A stretch of 64,000 nucleotides of DNA, from NCBI GenBank assembly GCA_000934665.2, contig KZ538510.1, positions 1-64,000 of the forward strand, written 5' to 3'. A program made the translations under genes and the position numbers. Position 1 is the stretch's first letter. Every line of letters begins with the position of its first letter. Under the pieces are notes generated by a model that was not told where the DNA came from, searched no databases, and saw only the letters and a list, made by a program, of their open reading frames with translations. Below, in pieces: positions 28,134 through 40,397 of the stretch. The stretch comes from Catajapyx aquilonaris. Its lineage: Eukaryota.

Positions 28134-28300
28134 GGAGCACGGACCTTTATTATACTTATAGTACAATGCAGTACAATGCTTGAACCTTGAACGAATCGCC
28201 CTGGTCCAAGGGCAGGGTGACTGGGAGGGGATGTGCAAGGTGCAAGTGCAATGTCTCAATAGTGGTATACATTTCGTGAACTCCTCCGGGTGGATTAGTA
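28134..28300 (-). mobile_element. 5'-truncated, diverged copy of SINE family 1
   Basis: Shares AGCACGGACCTTTATT, GGAGGGGATGTGCAAGGTGCA and GTGAACTCC..C.GGTGG blocks with 1375-1790. Confidence 0.8.
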
Positions 28301-29042
28301 CTTTCTACTAGAGTCTAGTTAGAGCTGGTAATTATTATTGCATATCAATTTACAGCAACATCGAATAACCTTCCATTGGCAAGGCACAACTCCATGAAAC
28401 TCATATAAATTATTATTAGACAGGCTGTCATTTTTTTTTACAGAAACCCTATACAATAGTAGGCTATTGTACGTATAAAAGACCGCTCAAGTTTCTACAC
28501 ACAATATACAGTACAGTACATCATTGGTTTCAAAATGACAGTGGTGAGTCAGTCTGGAAGAGATAGACTACATGAAGCAAGCCGTAGGCCTAGGCCTAAT
28601 GATTTATGTTCAAGATAAAAATTTCCACGTAAATTGCCACTTGTTACAAATGTCACTAATTAAGCCTGTGTTATCAGGTAAATATTGGCACACTTATCAG
28701 GAAGATGCGATAACATGATAATCGGCTATAAGACGTGATTTCGCAACAATTGGTACTACCCTACTGCAAAAAAGCACAGTGCAAATATTTGACTCATTAT
28801 ACGATTAACATCAGCAAAATTACTTTGCTGGCTTCCTGGCATACGATACCGTATCTAAATTGTCAGAATACTTGTCACAATAATAGCACCTTTCGGAAAA
28901 TCACCAATCAGCTATTTCCAAACACTGCAACCGGGCAAAAATTTCGGTGCATTTGCCAAAACCAACGATTTTCGTATACCCTCCGCACTTGATGTGGAGT
29001 TAGAGAGCGTGTGGGATGCTGGGGAGAGGGAGTGGGGAGGGG

Positions 29043-29173
29043 GAGAGAGAGAGAGAGAGAGGACGGGAGTGCAAAGAAGTGCGCTCAACCTGTAACTCAG
29101 TTCATAGGAGTGACTCGATGGGAAAGGAAGCCTTCGGTCCACCAGGCACCGCGGAGCCCAACCACGTGCGATT
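29043..29173 (+). promoter_or_regulatory. Candidate core promoter and non-coding first exon (probably of the LRR gene)
   Basis: (GA)n tract at ~29043-29060, arthropod-type initiator TCAGTT at 29097-29102, consensus donor GTAAGT at 29174. Assignment to the LRR gene is inference. Confidence 0.4.
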
Positions 29174-29514
29174 GTAAGTTCTACCTTTCTTCGTGTGTTT
29201 GTTTGTTTGTTTACAGGGTAGGTGATGCTGATTTGCGCAAACGGGGGAGTGTTTATAGTACCCGCCGGAAGCAATTTGTAGGCGTTGGAGACAAATAAGC
29301 GAGAGAGTTATTGAGCGCCGAATTTTATTTATGAATGGCTGTGACTGTGTAACATTTTGTCAAATTTAATTTATCCGGAGTAATACTTACCGTATAGGCC
29401 TAAATCCAACGTTTGCCATTGTTAGAGAAGTTTGGAAGCGATATGTGCGGTAGGGTAGCTGTATTTGAAATCGATGCAAAAAGTATGGAAAAATCACTTA
29501 ATTCAGGTATTTTG

Positions 29515-29519
29515 TAGTT

Positions 29520-29579
<60 letters not shown>

Positions 29580-29600
29580 ATAATCATAATAATAATAATC

Positions 29601-29672
<72 letters not shown>
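29515..29672. repeat. Compound microsatellite (TAG)n(TAA)n
   Basis: Directly visible. Confidence 0.95.
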
Positions 29673-30069
29673 GAAACTAGCAGCATGTTATGTCTTGGCC
29701 GTATAAGACGCAAGTACAATGGGCGTAAAAAATTTAGTTTCAAAATATCTCCTTCAAGTCCCACGTAATTTCGATCATGACCGAGATTATTTTGCGTGCG
29801 CTGCAGCAAAAAAACAAAAACAAAAACAAACAAAAAACAGTAAAAGCAATGGCTATTGGATGTTGAGGAATCGAGCGATTCTTGCAGGTGGGAGGACATC
29901 TAAAAATATGTAGGCCTATAAAAGGTGTCCCAATTGTCAAGGTAAGTTTTAAATTTTAGCCAATATCGCCAGAAGTTGTGATTTTTGTGGAGCTTCTTGT
30001 TCTCCGAGTCAGGTGCCCTATCATTCTCAGGTGGCCGAATATAGAAGTTCTTATACTCGTATAACATGG

Positions 30070-30392
30070 GGAGGCGGAGTGGTGCTGCGGTAACGTATGC
30101 GCCCACGGATGTTAAGGTCCCGGGTTCGATCCCAGCCCGGGGACACCCCCTTCATCTCGTGCAGAGTTCAGGGTCACCTCTGGCTTCGTCTCGGGTGGTA
30201 TATCCACAGACTAAACCACCCGGGGGAGTTCACTAAAAATGGCCACATAAAGACATTGCACTGCACCTTGCACATCCCCTCCTGTCATCCTGCCCGTGGG
30301 CCCGGGCGCTACGTAAAAAGGCTCAAATGTACTTGATGTAATAAATAAAGGTCCGTGCTGCATACCTCAGATGAGGTCAAGCACTACCCCGG

Positions 30393-30427
<35 letters not shown>
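30070..30427 (+). mobile_element. tRNA-derived SINE, family 1, full-length copy with (ATT)n tail
   Basis: A-box-like TGGTGCTGCGG, B box GGTTCGATCC, (ATT)n tail; 16-bp TSD TACTCGTATAACATGG at 30054-30069 and 30428-30443. Confidence 0.92.
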
Positions 30428-30430
<3 letters not shown>

Positions 30431-33400
30431 TCGTATAACATGGCATCTGGATCGGGGTGCGAAAAGCTACGAAAAATAACAGATTTGAGAGAAATTTTCC
30501 TATAATTGAAGCGACCCGCATACTTGGAGCACCCTGCCTATGTGCTCTGCTTTACGACCACATATTATATCCAATCGAAATTTCGGTTCATGCAAATGAT
30601 CTGGTGTGGGCACAGGAAGCACCTCCTCTAGGCCTATATAATATTCAGCCTTGGAAACCCTGGGATTTACGATGCCAGGCCAACGCACCTGCAAAGAAAC
30701 AAGCCGGCCTGGAAGTTACGCCCAGATTAATCAAAACAGCAGGAATCCACCTCCGGCCATGAATATTCACCTTCCAGGGAAATATGTGCCTTCAAAAAAT
30801 CTGGTTGCAAAATGGGTTTGCAGTCTTTGCATTTCCTGTCCAAAATTCACAGTCCTCATTAGTACATTTGGTGAGTCTCCTGGTAGACTTGTTGGCTTTA
30901 GCGGAACTGACGGGACCACACGTTCCTGGTTCGATTCCCGATTCGGGCATCAGTGTTGTCCAGTGAGGAACTCCGCCTGAATCCAATAGCACCCTCTACC
31001 GCGACTCGTAGGAATATATTAAATATATCGATTTTAAAATATACACCATTTTGCTTACAGGTATTGTTATTGTAACTGGCAGGAATTGCTTATGGCAATA
31101 TCGAATGTGTAAGTATGTCGTGAAAGATGATACAAACAGTAATGGGATATGAGTGGAGAAGGCCTGCGTGTGCAGTAATTCCAGACCTTAGAGAAGGACG
31201 GATCCCATCGAGACATCTAGGTTACCACAAGACTATTATTTTGTTCTATTACATCTACGATTGTTGTGCGGAAGCACTAGCCTTTAGAGTACAAAATTAA
31301 CAGCATTCTAGTCACGAACGCTGTTTGTATTCAGAGAGATACTTGCAGATGAGATGAAGATACGTGCTCGTTTTTTGCTTCTTCTTTCTTCTGCCCTTTT
31401 TTCTTGGTCGTCTCAACGGCTTTTCCCTTATATATGTTGTAGGCATACCAATTGTCAGCGCTAATGGCAGCTTGTGGCATCCCTCTCCTGACAGCACATT
31501 CATGTAATTTATTTTAATGAGCGCCATTGATATTTTTTGATATTGTTATAGACTCTACGGTATGACATACCTAGCTGTAGCCGCACATTAAAATTAAATG
31601 GGTGTCACCTGCATCGGTATAGGTGATTATAAAATGTCGCTATATTTTATTTCCTTTTATAATGCAAGCGTCATATATTGAGAAATGAGAGTTCAAACCT
31701 ATAACTGCAGCGTATGGGCAGGTACTACTCTATATGCATCATAGCGCCGGACAGTAGCACATAATCACAGTTTATAAACACTCTACTTGATATTATATTT
31801 ACATTAACTGAAGACACGTTCTCTTTCCATGAAACTGGGTTCCGCCCCTGAACACATCCTGGCACCTACATAATCTTGACCCTGCCCTTGAAATTATGCA
31901 CAAGGGCCCCATTTGCGCAGCTTTTGGCCGAAAGAAAATAAACTGAATCCATCGCCTAAACAGATTACCGATATATTCAGCAGCCATGCATCCTCCATTA
32001 AATTGCCTGAGCTAACCAACCTTTCCGCGCAAAGTTTCGTAACAATCCTGTGCTAGTGAGATTAGGCTCTAACAGTATACAAAGATGGACTTTATAACCG
32101 CTCGAAGGCTGATAATACGGAGAGCTGAAGCATGTGGAGGAATGTGTCTGGGCGGGGATGCTGTTGTTTATATACGTATGGGTTGTGGTGCGTGGGAGGT
32201 TTGCTTGCAGGAGGTTACAGCCTAGCAAGTGAAATACAGCACGTGTGCTCAAGAATATTACTCATTTCCTTTCATGGAACTTGTGCACAAGAGGAGCTTT
32301 GGAAAAACTGCTGGGTGTTGGGCTGATCAGTAGTCAGGCAACTGAGGTGACCAGTGGTAGTGGTCAGTTAATACAAACCTGATTGACCAATGATCAGCAA
32401 ATTGAGTTGACGGAATTGCATGAGTTGCATACATATTATATGTGTAATTAAATGTTATTTTGAAATAATTTTAAAATTAGGTAAAGTAGCATACTGGAAA
32501 GTCGCGAGATTTTTTAAATTCTGCAATTATGCAGGTTCATATATGAATAACTCATTCGTGCATTCCGAACAATTGTGAGTAATTTGAATATGCATAACAG
32601 AATAGTATAATAGGCTTCTGTGCATTAGTCAGTCGAATATTTATAATTATGCATATTGATATCCATCTTTTTGAAGGGCAAGTAATAACTTAACCTATTC
32701 GCTATTGTGGACAATAGGATAAAAGTGTGGGTAGAAATTGCCAAGTAACCACCTTGGCAGCGACCTACCGACTTCCTGCCTAGCTTATCATTACTGATTT
32801 TTTCACCCTCTCGGGCCTTCGGTCTCCTTTCGACTGTTCACAAGAAGTGGAACCCACAACCTTGGAAGCCCTTGGTTTCCTTGACAACCTTTTCAATCTG
32901 AAGGTGCTTACCAGAATCTTTTCCATTGTGCGTATATTGTGTATACTGCACTAAAAGAACAGACATCCTGCCTGTTTACCTCATTCACTTATTTTTGATC
33001 CAAGAAGGAGAAAGTTTGCTGGCAATATCTGCCTACTCCACAAAATGACAATTGATCCTCGAGCTTTACTGTACATTACCTTCAGCTATAACTTTAATCA
33101 AGGAATGTACTCTTAGTTTCCACTTTTCAATGAGCTCGATTCGCCTTTCATGTGCTTTTTGTATCGAAGCTTCTATAGGCTGAAATTCACACTGCCTTCC
33201 GGAAGAGGGTATACGCCCTCGGATTCATGTGAGTGTGTAGAGTTGTTTTTTTTTGTAATCTCTATCGTGGCCTACATCCCACACGTACACCCACTCGTCT
33301 GACACGTCAATTATATGTTTCCATGATGATCGAAACTGGTACCCAATGATTGTACAGTACACAGCCCTAAGGAATAAGATGATATCTGGAAAGTTGGGAG

Positions 33401-33728
33401 TAATATTATTATATAAATACATGTGAAGCACAGACGGACTTCAAGAGCGAGTTATAACCTTTCTAGGAATAAGGCGACTTTCAATCTGGTTGACTGAAAG
33501 GTTTATAATAAGCTTTAGAATGACAAAACCAGTTAAAGCAATCAAGATGGCATTTGGCGTCTCGACAAGATCGATTTTGGTCTGCGGATTGCCGACACTA
33601 TTTGTCAGAATGATGGAAATATATTATGAAAATGTGCCCAGTACTATGAAGGTCAATGTCACGTTTCATTCAGCAGCATATTGCCAGAAATACAGCGGTA
33701 TTTCTCGAGAACTTTCTGAAACGTTTTC

Positions 33729-33872
33729 TATACGGCATTAGTACAGTAAAATAATTTAATATTAGTCCACTCTACTTGTATGTGAACTTCATTATTTTGC
33801 GCAAAATAATGAAGTTCACATACAAGTAGAGTGGACTAATATTAAATTATTTAACTGTACTGATGCCTTATA
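33729..33872. repeat. Spacer-less palindrome: 52-bp perfect arms, about 72-bp arms with 3 mismatches
   Basis: Centre between 33800 and 33801 (TTTTGC|GCAAAA); arms checked block by block. Confidence 0.95.
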
Positions 33873-35361
33873 AGCTTGGAGTTACTCTTTGTACTAATAT
33901 TAGCTCAAGATATACCTTCGATATTAAACTTTAAATGAATGTTAATAACATGTAATGAAAACAGAATAACACATCATAACAATAACATTATAACAACTTT
34001 TACATATACAGCTTCAGGCAACCCCTACCATTCCGAATGTCAAAAGAAACGTATATGAAATGACAGATCAAAAAAAAACTTCCATTCCAATTTGAGCTCC
34101 TATTTGCGGTAATCAAGTCCGGACAAGCAGCATCTGCTGCGAACAGAATTTGCAAAATTAAACCTATCCCAAGCAGGAGCAGGGGCAGCTACGGGGTTCA
34201 TTTCGAGTTGTTTCACCCCGTCGAATTGTCCTTGAAGATGCGAGTCACATCCGAGAAAGAATCTCTTCGAACGAGCGACAAGGTCAGTACGTCCCATCTC
34301 ATTAGTCTCCACATGATTTCCATTCTAATTCCACGCATCATAAATTTTCGATTCTGTCAATAATGAGTAGCGGTCATACCATCGCGACGTCACCTTACGT
34401 GACTGATCGCGTGACTGCGATGAATTGATGCATTGACAAACACTCCATGAATTGATGACCATGAATCCGCACATTGATGAACTGATGGCCAATAATTGAT
34501 GGCGATGAACCCCCCATTAGTTAACCCCGAAATGCATCGCTCTAAAAATATGCTGCAATTAATTGATAGAATCTCCGGAACATTGTCAACACAATTTTCA
34601 GCGATATCGAAGTGAGCCAGGCTGCACTGTTCTTTTGCAAGATAAATTGTTCCAAGGATGAAAAAAAAAAAAATGATCACGTTCCAGAAAAATCGACATC
34701 GCTTACTTTCACACCATGCCTCTCACAATTCGGGACTAACAGCACGAAACCTCTCTTAAAAATCCAGCAAGACGTCGATACCAGCAGTACCAGTATACCT
34801 TGAATAGATTTGGCTTCCTCTCCGTTTAACTCAATCACAGTTTCGACCTAGAGATTAATCTGACAGATGCCCCGACTTGAAAGGCTCCTGCAATTAGCTC
34901 TAAGGAAACGCTTGCCTTTGAGTTAGGAGTTTAGGATACCACGAGATGGTTAGGTAGGATAGGTATAATTAAATGCTTCGCGTTTATATTAATATAATGC
35001 GCCTCTTTGTGTCGGTGGAGCTGTTGGTTATTGATATGTTTATTGTGAAAGTTTGCTGTGAAACAGCTGGTCATGCGAATTGTATCATAAGGATACCTGT
35101 GTGTGTGCTTTCGCAGTATACTTGGCTGGTCTTTGTCGCGACAGTACACGTGGCTGAGTGGGCCGTATGTTCCAATTACAGTGAACATCACCGAGCAAAC
35201 TTTTGCTGAGTGGTATGGTAACAGTCTTGGATTCAGGCGAAGGTCAATTTATGAAAAGGATACCATATTATATTCTCTGATTTATTTTTTATAAGAACTG
35301 CACGAAACGTGCCTCTATGCAGTACTCGGTTGACGTACATAATAATTGCAGATAATTATGC

Positions 35362-35400
35362 TGAGTGGGTAAACCATAAAGCATATGGTTTACCCACTCA
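35362..35400. repeat. Perfect 17-bp hairpin, 5-nt loop
   Basis: TGAGTGGGTAAACCATA-AAGCA-TATGGTTTACCCACTCA. Confidence 0.9.
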
Positions 35401-36492
35401 TTTGACAGCTTATATTTTGAAATCAGTAGGCTAATTAAATAGCCTACTAATACCGCTATTTCAAGAACTAGATGAGATAACGTTCTACTTTATAGCATAA
35501 TAATCAATGCGAGTGTATAAGTCACATTCATTATTAAGAAAGATGCATAATTACAAATGGGTGTTAGTCACTATTTTAACTATTGACCTATAATCAAGTT
35601 TAGATCGTGAATGTGGAAAGAAGGTGCATATCCAAACATTACGTAAGTTAGAACTTGAACCATCTATTGCAGGAAAATCATTTCTTACAATCTTTTCAAC
35701 ACTCCACCAAAATTGCCCTTTCTGATCTATTGAGAATTGCAACATGTGCTTCTACTACAACATCAATTCAGTCGTCCCATCGTAAGAATACATCATCACA
35801 TGACTGTTGACAGCTGGGAGAACCTCCTGCACCGCATCTATTTGCATTCGTCGACCTTCGCGCCAGAGTTGACAGTAATGGGAAGTGATTGACAAGATCA
35901 TATACTTCAAGATCGTCCTCTACATTTTCCAACCTCCAATCTGTCACATTGGCTTTCCTACCGTTCGACTAAGCGCAATTATTTCATCATTCGCATGTCT
36001 GAAGGTCGACAGATACCATCATTCGGGGAAAATAATACACAACTTCGTAACACTCCTGGGAAAACGTGGAAGCAGATGCAAAAATTCTGTTTATTCAACA
36101 GGTGTACCGGCACGGGATATGCGATTACGTTGTCACACGTTCGGTGCATGCTGTGCTGTACAGTATTCCAGCGAAATTTCCGCATCCAGAGAGAAATACA
36201 TCGGGCCTTTTGAACCGAGCTAAAATTGTAAGCTCTCAATTGGGCCAACCTGAGATAGGACAGTAAGGTTCCACATTAGCATAGGTTATTAACGCGTCCT
36301 TGCCTGTTGTTTGCTCAAGTACACACAACCGCCCTTGATCAACCTAAATTTCCCTTCCTCTCTTCCGCCATTTTCCTTCCTCAACAGGACACTGTTTTGG
36401 AATTGAAGGTGACAACCACGAAATTACACAATTGGGAAATCTATGGAGCGAATTCGCTTCTCACGCCCAGGCTTAAAGACTAAAGTCATTTA

Positions 36493-36710
36493 AGGTGAAG
36501 TGGGGTAGGTGCATACATGGGGTAAGTGCATAAACTGGCCGCCATATTGGAATGAAAATGGCTGACATGCTCACCTCTTGTGGGGATGTGATGTGCAGCT
36601 ACACAAAAGAGTGCCTGACGTGTTTTGGTGTCGTCAGCCATTTTCACTATTCCAATATGGCGGCCCCGTGTATGCACTTACCCCGTGTATGCACTTACCC
36701 CACTTCACCT
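36493..36710. mobile_element. MITE with long imperfect TIRs and TA TSD
   Basis: AGGTGAAGTGGGGTA...TACCCCACTTCACCT, duplicated sub-terminal GGGGTAAGTGCATA-like unit, further inverted GGCCGCCATATTGGAAT / ATTCCAATATGGCGGCC; TA flanks. Confidence 0.88.
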
Positions 36711-37337
36711 TACTCGAAATCGAACCGCTACACTGCCACTGTACAAGCAATAAATGCCGATAGTAAATAGAACGATTTCCGCATAATTGATTTATTTATA
36801 TTCAATTTACCCCGGTGGGCAATATAGTTATACGCTAACTTTTTAGATAGCAGGATAGTCATTAGGTCCCAGAGCTGTTTGGAAAAAAGAAGTGGCTCTT
36901 GTATAATATTATAGACCATTTCCCTGCGACTGCTGCGGTCTGATTGATCCTTGTCAACATGCCAATGCAAATACCGTCCCGATATTGAATCCGTGCACAA
37001 AAATTCATCACCGTCGAAAGGTGAGGGCCATGACGGCAGTAAAACCAGATCTGACGATCACAGCAGCGATCAAGTTTGCACGTGTGGATCCAATCACCTT
37101 GCGAATGGCGCGAAGCCTCTTGTGAAGTGGACTAGAGTATAAAAAATTCAGCAAACCTTGCGTTTCTTCCAGGCCGATAGACTTCCTGACAAGCTAGATT
37201 TACTATCCTAAGTTAAGTTGCACTTTGGCCATTACAGTGGATGCACGAAAAACAAATGACTCTCTGAGGTCGTGCTGAATTGACTGTGTTTTGTCTTTCG
37301 TGGCAGCCATGTGCCAGCTAGTGGTTGAAAAGTGGAG

Positions 37338-39847
37338 ATGAACAGCAGCCGTACTACTACCCTATCATGGGCTGCTGCTCTGGGACTATGGATTGGACTC
37401 TGCGTGACTGCGGAGAAAGGTGCGTGTCCGGCTGGTGACCCCTGCACTCAAGATCGGTCATGGAGCTACCATAGGAATGGTTCAAGTGTCTACATTTATG
37501 GTCTCAGGTAAAAAAAAAAAGAATAATCGTTGCTTCTGTAATGAGTCGAGGGTAAAAACATGACTATAAATATTCACAAAATGGTTTAAAAAAATCATTC
37601 GCATATAAGTTAATGTTAACAACTATTGATGTTGCAGGAATTTTGTGGCGCCATTTTAAGCGCCAGAAGTGTCTTGCAAGTGGAATTTTTCTCAAAGTGA
37701 AAATTACTAATAATCGAAAAAATTCATTCAATCACCCCCAATATTGCTTTAGAAATTTGTCAGAAGCGATGAAGCGCCTAGGAAACGACGTGGAACATCT
37801 CGTCATAAATGGAAGTTGCTTGGAGACACTTGATCTTAGTCAGTTCTGGCTGCCGCTATTGAGCCAAATTACAGTGACTCACAGTGGAGTGGAGGCCATT
37901 GTTGGAAGCTTCCTCCCAAACAACAACATCACTCGATTGGATCTGTCATGTAATCGGCTGAGTAACTTGGGCTCCGACATCCTCAAAAGTGCTCCTTCGC
38001 TTCGTGAACTCGACATTTCTTACAACAAACTGGCATATCTCCCAGACGAAATCAAGAGACTCGAAAACCTAGCCATTGCAGGTAAGCTGGTCAATGTCCA
38101 GTTAATATCTTATTTATGTTTTAAGTGCCTCAGTTTTAAATGTTACAGTTAAATGTTACCAATCTCCAACAAAATTTTGTCAATTAACTAGATAACCCTC
38201 TGAACTGCACCGCCGTTTCAAGTCACCTGTACGACTGGTACCAAAAGGAGAACGGAAGTGCTGTCCTAGGCGACCAAGACACCTACGTCATCTGTCCCAA
38301 AGTGAAGGACACGTGGTACAAAGTGAACTACACACTTAGGGATGCCTTCAGAGGAGAACAGGCAAAGCTCCCAGCTCACCAGTATGACTCCATTTTGGAA
38401 TCACGGGGGGGTCACACCTCATGCTGTTTTTTCTCTTTCTTCCCACCCTTCCCCCTACCCAAATAGGAGAAGGAATGGAGCTGTGGACCGCTGATCTGGT
38501 ACAATTGCACCTGCAAGTTCATCAGGGCCAGTTACCATTCCAAGAGTGGTGCTAGCAAACAAATTGGCAACCATCTCTTTGATGTCGACTGCTCAGATGG
38601 AACATTGACAAATCTGCCGCCTATTTCCGAGGCGATTAGATGGCTCAACGTCTCCGGAAACAAGGTCTGACATATTGCCTTTTTTTTGTTATTGCGTTGT
38701 TCGTGAAAATGGGAAGGTCAGAGCCGTGGTTAGAGCGCACTAGATATCCGAAATGCGAGTTATGAGGGAAACTGTGCTGCACAAGGGAGTTTGAAAAATT
38801 GACAAAATATATGATTCATTAATTATAATACTAAATTACAGTATAAAAGTAGCATGATCGTGTTTTGAGCATGTCTCTCCCTGTAGTGTACTTGCACCCA
38901 TATAGTATGTTAGACCTACCAGTTATTGGAGTAGTAGTAGACATTAATTTCTTGTATCAGATCAGAAGCTTGGATATCCTTCGGAATGAAACCTACAAGT
39001 ACCTGGAAAGGCTGTATGCTGATGATAATCTGATTGAGTCCTTGAATTTTTTGGAATTTTCTCACGCCAATCTCCAAGTGCTGAGTCTCAAACGGAACCG
39101 AATTAAATCAGTACGTATATATTGCACACTACTGACTTAAACCGGAATATATAAAACGCCACATTTGATTTTTTTTTTCTTTCAGATTCCTACCTACATC
39201 ATTGATAACGTGCTGCAAAGAGGAAACTTCGAACACATGTACCTTAGCGACAATTACTTACACTGTGATTGCATGACAGTCAGTCATTTCCAGGTAAATT
39301 TGACGAGAAATGTAACACGTGGGTATTATTTTAATAAAATTTTGATTTGTTGCAGAAAAAACTGGAGCTATACAACCAATTCTACACCGATAACGAGAAC
39401 CTCATGTGTGAATCGCCACAAAAAAGGGTATGCCTATAGTTGTTTTAAATATTTCTACCACAAACGTATGTCAAAGATGACACAACAACCTCCCGCATGT
39501 CGTTACAGGTGATGGAAATGACAATTGAAGAAGTGTGTCAGCAGGAACAAGAAGAGTTATGGATCACCCTTCTGTACTTTTTGGTGGCTCTGGAAGCAGT
39601 TCTGGTGGTTGGCCTATTGGCACGCTTGATCTATGATGCCAGACGCTTCCACCGCACGGGATATTTGCCGTGGTTATCGGCCAAGATGCCACCTCTTCCT
39701 TGCGATTGCATGCTAGAAACCCTTTCGCCATCCGAAAAAACCAGCACATCCAGATCGTGGAGTGGAACATCCGACACCCAATGGGATGGTTCCACCAGGG
39801 GTCCTCGTAGGGCCGAAAGGGTGCCTTTGAATCACGAGGATATTTGA
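37338..39847 (+). CDS. hfw: Single-pass leucine-rich-repeat membrane protein, halfway/singed wings-like
   Basis: Exons 37338-37507, 37753-38081, 38192-38361 (donor uncertain), 38467-38664, 38961-39110, 39186-39293, 39356-39427, 39509-39847. Signal peptide, LRRs (ITRLDLSCNRL, LRELDISYNKL, LQVLSLKRNRI), Cys caps (DNPLNC, CTC..VDCS, DNYLHCDC), TM helix and juxtamembrane YD..RF..TGYLPWLSAKMPPLPCD recalled from the halfway/swi2 family. The symbol is less certain than the CDS. Confidence 0.8.
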
Positions 39848-40324
39848 TTTGGTTCATTACATGAGTTTCTTCTTATACGAACAAAATGGACCGTGTCACT
39901 CTTCAGTGCTGCGCTCTCTATCACACTTTTAACATTGTTTTCACTCTGCTCATCGCTGCTCATGAGCCATAGCACGTTCATTCATTTTTCTGAACTGCAG
40001 CAGACACATGGGCATGATGCCCATGACACGGGGTTTCTGATAAAAGTTGCTGTATTTTCCCGCTTGTGCCATATCGTGACCACGTGTTACCCAGGTATGG
40101 CGTTCAGTTATGCCAAAGCTTATGTCTATTATTTGTCTGGATATATGTTAACTTAACCAGTGCACAACTATGTCGTATGTTCCTCTCAGTTAAGTATTCC
40201 TTAATATAATGGAAGCAATTATTCCGCAGACAGAGAATGTTTTAATTCGTGGTCAACAAACAGAAGTTATTTTCTCATGAAATAAATGCATTTATAACAA
40301 GAGTTGGACGTCACTTGGCTTATA

Positions 40325-40397
40325 GGTCCTATAGTGTTAATGGAGAGCACTCTGGACCCACGGTCCAGAAGTCCGAGTTCGAATCTCGGTGGGACCG
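40325..40397 (+). ncRNA. tRNA-Gln-scaffold cloverleaf, copy B (just 3' of the LRR gene), aberrant anticodon loop CCCACGG
   Basis: GGTCCTA-TA-GTGT TAATGGAGA GCAC-T-CTGGA CCCACGG TCCAG-AAGT-CCGAG TTCGAAT CTCGG-TGGGACC-G. All stems pair; lacks U33. Confidence 0.75.

Noticed and set aside
29465..29899. Poly-S/N and poly-I/T ORFs
   Set aside because: Microsatellite translations.
30070..30240. HDV-like ribozyme in SINE family 1 (GAGGCGGAGT can pair with GCTTCGTCTC, followed by GG and a hairpin)
   Set aside because: No P2 partner strand downstream, so the double pseudoknot cannot close.
30870..30950. Isolated B-box GGTTCGATTCC
   Set aside because: No cloverleaf or clear A box; probably a decayed SINE head.
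33000..37130. Coding-looking patches on the minus strand (possible decayed gene)
   Set aside because: Frequent stops and no family recognised; needs BLASTX before any claim.
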